Virus record (IMG/VR): IMGVR_UViG_3300047551_001153
Coordinates: 13,600 to 77,599 of that record
DNA from: a virus
Reading direction: 5' to 3' (one strand)
Length of the DNA stretch: 64,000 nt
The notes under the pieces are model-generated. The model made no database searches. It worked only from the letters and a program-made list of their open reading frames with translations, and was not told the origin of the DNA. Position 1 is the first letter of the stretch, and every line of letters starts with the position of its first letter. The position numbers were made by a program, and so were the translations under genes. Below, in pieces: positions 60,205 through 64,000 of the stretch.

Positions 60205-60255
60205 GTGCCAAAGCCAATTTCGGCAGACAAGGCAGACATAAAAGGAGCAAAAGAT

Positions 60256-61212
60256 ATGTCATCGTTCGCAGATATGAAGAAGAATACGGCATCGGATTTT
60301 GAGCGTCTCCAGAAGAGTTTGGAGAAGCAGGGCGGCAAGCGAGAGTCATATGATGACCCCCGCTTCTGGTCTCTGGAGCGTGATAAGACTGGCAACGGTT
60401 CAGCCATCATCCGCTTCCTTCAGGTTGACGGCAAGAGCGACCCCGCAGTTCGCATCTACACCCACCACTTTCAAGGCAAAGGCGGTTGGCTGATTGAGAA
60501 CTGCCCCACAACCATCGGACAGAAGTGTCCCGTGTGCGAGGCCAACAACGAACTCTGGGAGGAGTCGCACGGCGACGACAGCCACCCGAGCCGCAAGATT
60601 GCCCGTGACCGCAAGCGCAAGGTGAACTACATCAGCAACATCTATGTGGTCAGCGACCCCTCCAATCGTGACAACGAGGGTAAGGTGTTCCTGTATAAGT
60701 ACGGCAAGATGGTCTATGACAAGATTCTCGCCGTCATCAACCCAAGCGACCCAGATGACCCCAAGTTCAATCCGTTCAACCTCTTCACGGGTGCGAACTT
60801 CAAGTTGAAGGCGCATATTGACAACGGCTATGTGACCTACAAGGACTCACGCTTTACCGCTCAGGCTCCCCTGCTTGAGGACGAGGCCAAGATGGAGAAG
60901 ATTTGGAAGTCGCAGTACCCGCTTGGCGAGTTCACCGACCCCAAGTTGTTCAAGTCGTATGAGGAACTTCAGGCCAAGTTGGACAAGGTTCTCAAGAACT
61001 CCAACGCCACGGCCAAGGCCGAATCAGCGGAACCCAATGACTTCCGCTCCAAGATGAATGTGGACGAGGACATTGACAAGCGTTTCGGTCCTTCCTCCAA
61101 GAAGGACGAGAAGCCTCCGTTCACCCCGACCAAGAAGGCGGCGCAACAGGATACTGACGAGGAAGAAGAGGACGCAATGTCCTACTTCAAGAAACTCGCC
61201 CAAGAGGACTGA
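60256..61212 (+). CDS. gp32: Single-stranded DNA-binding protein
   Basis: 'SFADMKK', 'DDPRFW....DKTGNG.A.IRFL', 'H.FQG.GGW.IENCPTT.G.KCPVCE.N', 'GKVFLYKYGK', acidic tail 'DAMSYFKKLA'. Confidence 0.96.
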   Translation: MSSFADMKKNTASDFERLQKSLEKQGGKRESYDDPRFWSLERDKTGNGSAIIRFLQVDGKSDPAVRIYTHHFQGKGGWLIENCPTTIGQKCPVCEANNELWEESHGDDSHPSRKIARDRKRKVNYISNIYVVSDPSNRDNEGKVFLYKYGKMVYDKILAVINPSDPDDPKFNPFNLFTGANFKLKAHIDNGYVTYKDSRFTAQAPLLEDEAKMEKIWKSQYPLGEFTDPKLFKSYEELQAKLDKVLKNSNATAKAESAEPNDFRSKMNVDEDIDKRFGPSSKKDEKPPFTPTKKAAQQDTDEEEEDAMSYFKKLAQED

Positions 61213-61236
61213 GAAGAGTGGGATGATGGAAGGAAG

Positions 61237-61268
61237 ACGGGGGCTTTTCGGCCCCCGTTTTCGTTTTT
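61237..61268. terminator. Intrinsic terminator after gp32
   Basis: ACGGGGGC-TTTTCG-GCCCCCGT followed by TTTCGTTTTT; lies between convergent genes. Confidence 0.9.
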
Positions 61269-63999
61269 AGAATTTCGCCATCGGGAATTCTCTGTATTGA
61301 CTTGATCGGTATGTCAAATCGGGATTCGTTCTGTGATTCACTCCCATGACGGTAGTGTCTTGTCTTGTTTGGCTGTTTTGTATCACAGCCTGCTGAACGA
61401 CTGGCTTTTGAGATGTTGCAAGTTTATTAGCCTGAGCATCCGACAAAGCCTGAGCCGCAGGAGAGATTCCGCTTGCATAATTTGGAATGGTCGGGGGAAC
61501 AAGTTGAGAACCAGGCATATTACCCCGACCCATTGTCTGCATTTCATATCCAGATGTTGCACTTACACGAAGTCGCTTCTTTATATCGCTCATGACTTCC
61601 AATACGCCACCTGCGTTTGTGAAATCTTTCGAAACCATAAGCCCGTCCATATCATTCATCAGGGCTTTTCTTTCTGGAGAAGAAAGTTTATCAATCATCT
61701 CTGGATTATTTTTCAGTTGCAACAAATAACTCAAAAACTCTTTTTGTCCTTTAGGATTATATGGACTTGGCCAACTACGGACTGATTTCTCACCCGTCAT
61801 TATTTGCGAAAGGCTTTGTCTTTCCTCATCAGACCTAAAGTCGCCCGCATCCAACGCTTCCGCCGCACGAGCAGATGCCAAACCCTGTCTAAATTTTTCA
61901 GCGGATTTCAAATCGCCAGAATCAACCGCCGCCCGTTGCGCTCTTTCCATGTCGGATATGGCACTCGCTCTTTGTTCCTTTGACATCTTTGAAAAATCAG
62001 CACCAGCAAATTCTTCTGATTTTCCAGAAATAAAATCCTTAATATTCTGTCTTGCCTTTTCCTGCCGCTCTTCTTTTTCGGACTTAAACCAGTCAGACAC
62101 ATCAATTCCAAAATCACTAAGGAAATCTTTGAGTTCCGTCCACAATTCTCCCATATTGTCTTTGAACACACGCCAACCCTCACCAAACCAACCGAGCCAT
62201 TCGTTTATATTGTGTGCAAATTTATCCAAAGTATCTTGGTTGTCTCGGAACCAATTTGCTATTGGTTTCAATAAAAACCCAAACGGACCCAAGAGCGGAA
62301 TCAGGAATTCAAGCCACGCTCGCATGGCCTGAACTATGACTTTACCGAAGTTTCCACCCTTCCATGCGTCAAACACAGGTTTTAGTGCTTCTATGAAAGG
62401 CTTGAACATCACTTTTATCATTGTTACGATAAAACTAATTGCGGGTCCAATTACCTCGTCCACAAATTTATACATTTTCTTGAAGTCGATAAAACCAAAT
62501 GTTAAAACCTGCAAGACACCTGCAATAGCACCTTTGACCGCTCCCGCTATTCCGTCTTTTTGGAATCCCTTGAAAGCACCAACAAAAATAGTTATGAGAT
62601 CCAATATGATTCCGATAGGCTTAAATAATTTCAAGGCGGTTTTAAACACGCCTACCAAACTCGGTATAAACTTGAAAAATCCCATGATGGAAGAACCAAA
62701 TGAACCAAACGAACCCAAAAGTCTTCCCAAGGAACTTCCGATTGTTTTTATTGGTGCAAAAAACGCACCGAGTTTGGTTATGATTTTTCCTATAAAAGAT
62801 CCTTCACCGAACAAAGCACCTAAAATTTTTCCACCGAAACCGCTCAAAAATGTTTTTACTTTTTGAACCAATCCCGATATGAATCCAATTTTACCAAATG
62901 TCAGGTTGAATACAGTAGAAATCATCGCAATTTTACCTTGAATCCACCCCACAAACGCACCCAAAGTAAACGCTCCAACTATCAAAATCTTCTTAATCAA
63001 TCCAAGAATTCCGCCGCCTTTAGTTTCGGCAAAATACCCCTTCATCTCTTTTATGCCATCTGTGATATTATCAATTCCACCTGCGATTAATTCCGCAAAA
63101 TTCTTTTTCTTAGCCCCTTCTTCAGCACCCGCCTCGGAAGCGGCTAATGCTTGTTTTCTTTGGACTTCAGTTTGATTCGCCTGTTGCTCGATACTCTTTT
63201 TATTATATTCTTTCTGGCTCTGAGCATCACCTTTGAGTTGACTTGCGATCTCCTTGAGTTCTTTGTTTTCTGGATCTTTTGCCAAAGCCTCTTCAATCAC
63301 ACCCAGTTGCTTATTGGTGAGTTCTTTCAGTTTATTTTCGTCTTCCAACGCCACATTCAAGTTTTCGAGAATCTTTTTAGTCTTATCGGCTTCATTCATT
63401 TCCGCAGTAACACCCTCACTGAGCAAACTTTCAATACTCAGCACAGCCGCTTTCATCTTAGCGTCCGAAGCGGCTTTTGCAGGATCTACTTTTTCCTCTG
63501 GCTTCGGAGGACCCATTATTCCGTCCTCTTTATCTTTTTTCTTTACAAATTTACCAGAAGCATCACGAAGTTTTTCGGAAACCTTAGCCGCCGCAATATT
63601 TTCTTTTCCAATTTTAACACCTTCAGAGGTCAGATTCAGGGCATCCTTAAATTTTTCACTCATATTTTTTGCGGATTTGGCACTCTCATTTCTTGACAGC
63701 ACCTCTTTCATTACCGCATCGGAACTCTCTCCGAAAGAACCAGCGACCTTCATGATCTCTTTTTCTATACTGGAGAAAGCATCAATATGCTTTTTTCCTA
63801 TATCTCTTTCAGTATCCGCATATTTTTCAATTTCACCCTTGAGTTTCGTGAAGTTAGACGATAACTCATTGAAAAGTGAGTTTTCCGCCTCACTTCTTTC
63901 CTCGACCTTTTTCTTCTCGATTTCCGCTGTTTTGACTTGTATATCAGATAATTGTTTTTCCGCTTCGATTCTTTTTGTAACAACAGAAACGAGTTCGTC
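61267..63999 (-). CDS. Tape-measure-like protein (gp29-like); 5' end outside the window
   Basis: Frame stays open upstream of the track start 63753 to the window edge (DELVSVVTKRIEAEK...). Coiled-coil region followed by long Gly/hydrophobic amphipathic repeats. Confidence 0.7.
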   Translation of the reverse strand, partial: DELVSVVTKRIEAEKQLSDIQVKTAEIEKKKVEERSEAENSLFNELSSNFTKLKGEIEKYADTERDIGKKHIDAFSSIEKEIMKVAGSFGESSDAVMKEVLSRNESAKSAKNMSEKFKDALNLTSEGVKIGKENIAAAKVSEKLRDASGKFVKKKDKEDGIMGPPKPEEKVDPAKAASDAKMKAAVLSIESLLSEGVTAEMNEADKTKKILENLNVALEDENKLKELTNKQLGVIEEALAKDPENKELKEIASQLKGDAQSQKEYNKKSIEQQANQTEVQRKQALAASEAGAEEGAKKKNFAELIAGGIDNITDGIKEMKGYFAETKGGGILGLIKKILIVGAFTLGAFVGWIQGKIAMISTVFNLTFGKIGFISGLVQKVKTFLSGFGGKILGALFGEGSFIGKIITKLGAFFAPIKTIGSSLGRLLGSFGSFGSSIMGFFKFIPSLVGVFKTALKLFKPIGIILDLITIFVGAFKGFQKDGIAGAVKGAIAGVLQVLTFGFIDFKKMYKFVDEVIGPAISFIVTMIKVMFKPFIEALKPVFDAWKGGNFGKVIVQAMRAWLEFLIPLLGPFGFLLKPIANWFRDNQDTLDKFAHNINEWLGWFGEGWRVFKDNMGELWTELKDFLSDFGIDVSDWFKSEKEERQEKARQNIKDFISGKSEEFAGADFSKMSKEQRASAISDMERAQRAAVDSGDLKSAEKFRQGLASARAAEALDAGDFRSDEERQSLSQIMTGEKSVRSWPSPYNPKGQKEFLSYLLQLKNNPEMIDKLSSPERKALMNDMDGLMVSKDFTNAGGVLEVMSDIKKRLRVSATSGYEMQTMGRGNMPGSQLVPPTIPNYASGISPAAQALSDAQANKLATSQKPVVQQAVIQNSQTRQDTTVMGVNHRTNPDLTYRSSQYREFPMAKF

Positions 64000-64000
64000 C

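Noticed and set aside
63798-63983. Separate 61-aa ORF at the right end
   Set aside because: It lies out of frame within the open upstream continuation of the tape-measure-like gene.

Overview
The window is part of a large T4-like (myovirus) phage genome read in the standard genetic code. Bases 1-31.5 kb (minus strand) carry the neck, fibre and baseplate block: gp16 start, gp15, gp14, gp13, two collar-domain fibres, a VrlC-like protein, gp8, gp7, gp6, gp25, PAAR, gp5, hub, gp53 and gp48. Next come gp4, primase gp61 and gp46. A ~17 kb block (large Cys-rich protein, class II RNR, accessory fibre/collagen genes, thyX) separates gp46 from gp47/gp55. The rest holds uvsW, uvsY, a RuvC-like nuclease, an exonuclease, gp33, gp32 and a tape-measure-like gene running off the right end. 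The best candidate new system is phage-encoded virion glycosylation: a SunS-like GT2-TPR glycosyltransferase sits between two fibre genes, a GT77-like sugar transferase sits between uvsY and uvsW, and a G-x-T(G/A) motif is pervasive in peripheral virion proteins but rare in enzymes. Other signals: six sigma70-type promoters that all have a 16-nt spacer; hairpins pairing promoter sequence with the start regions of gp46 and gp55; many apparently leaderless genes; and two-tier avoidance of 4-bp palindromes. All functional calls come from motif recognition and synteny by eye; no database search was run.
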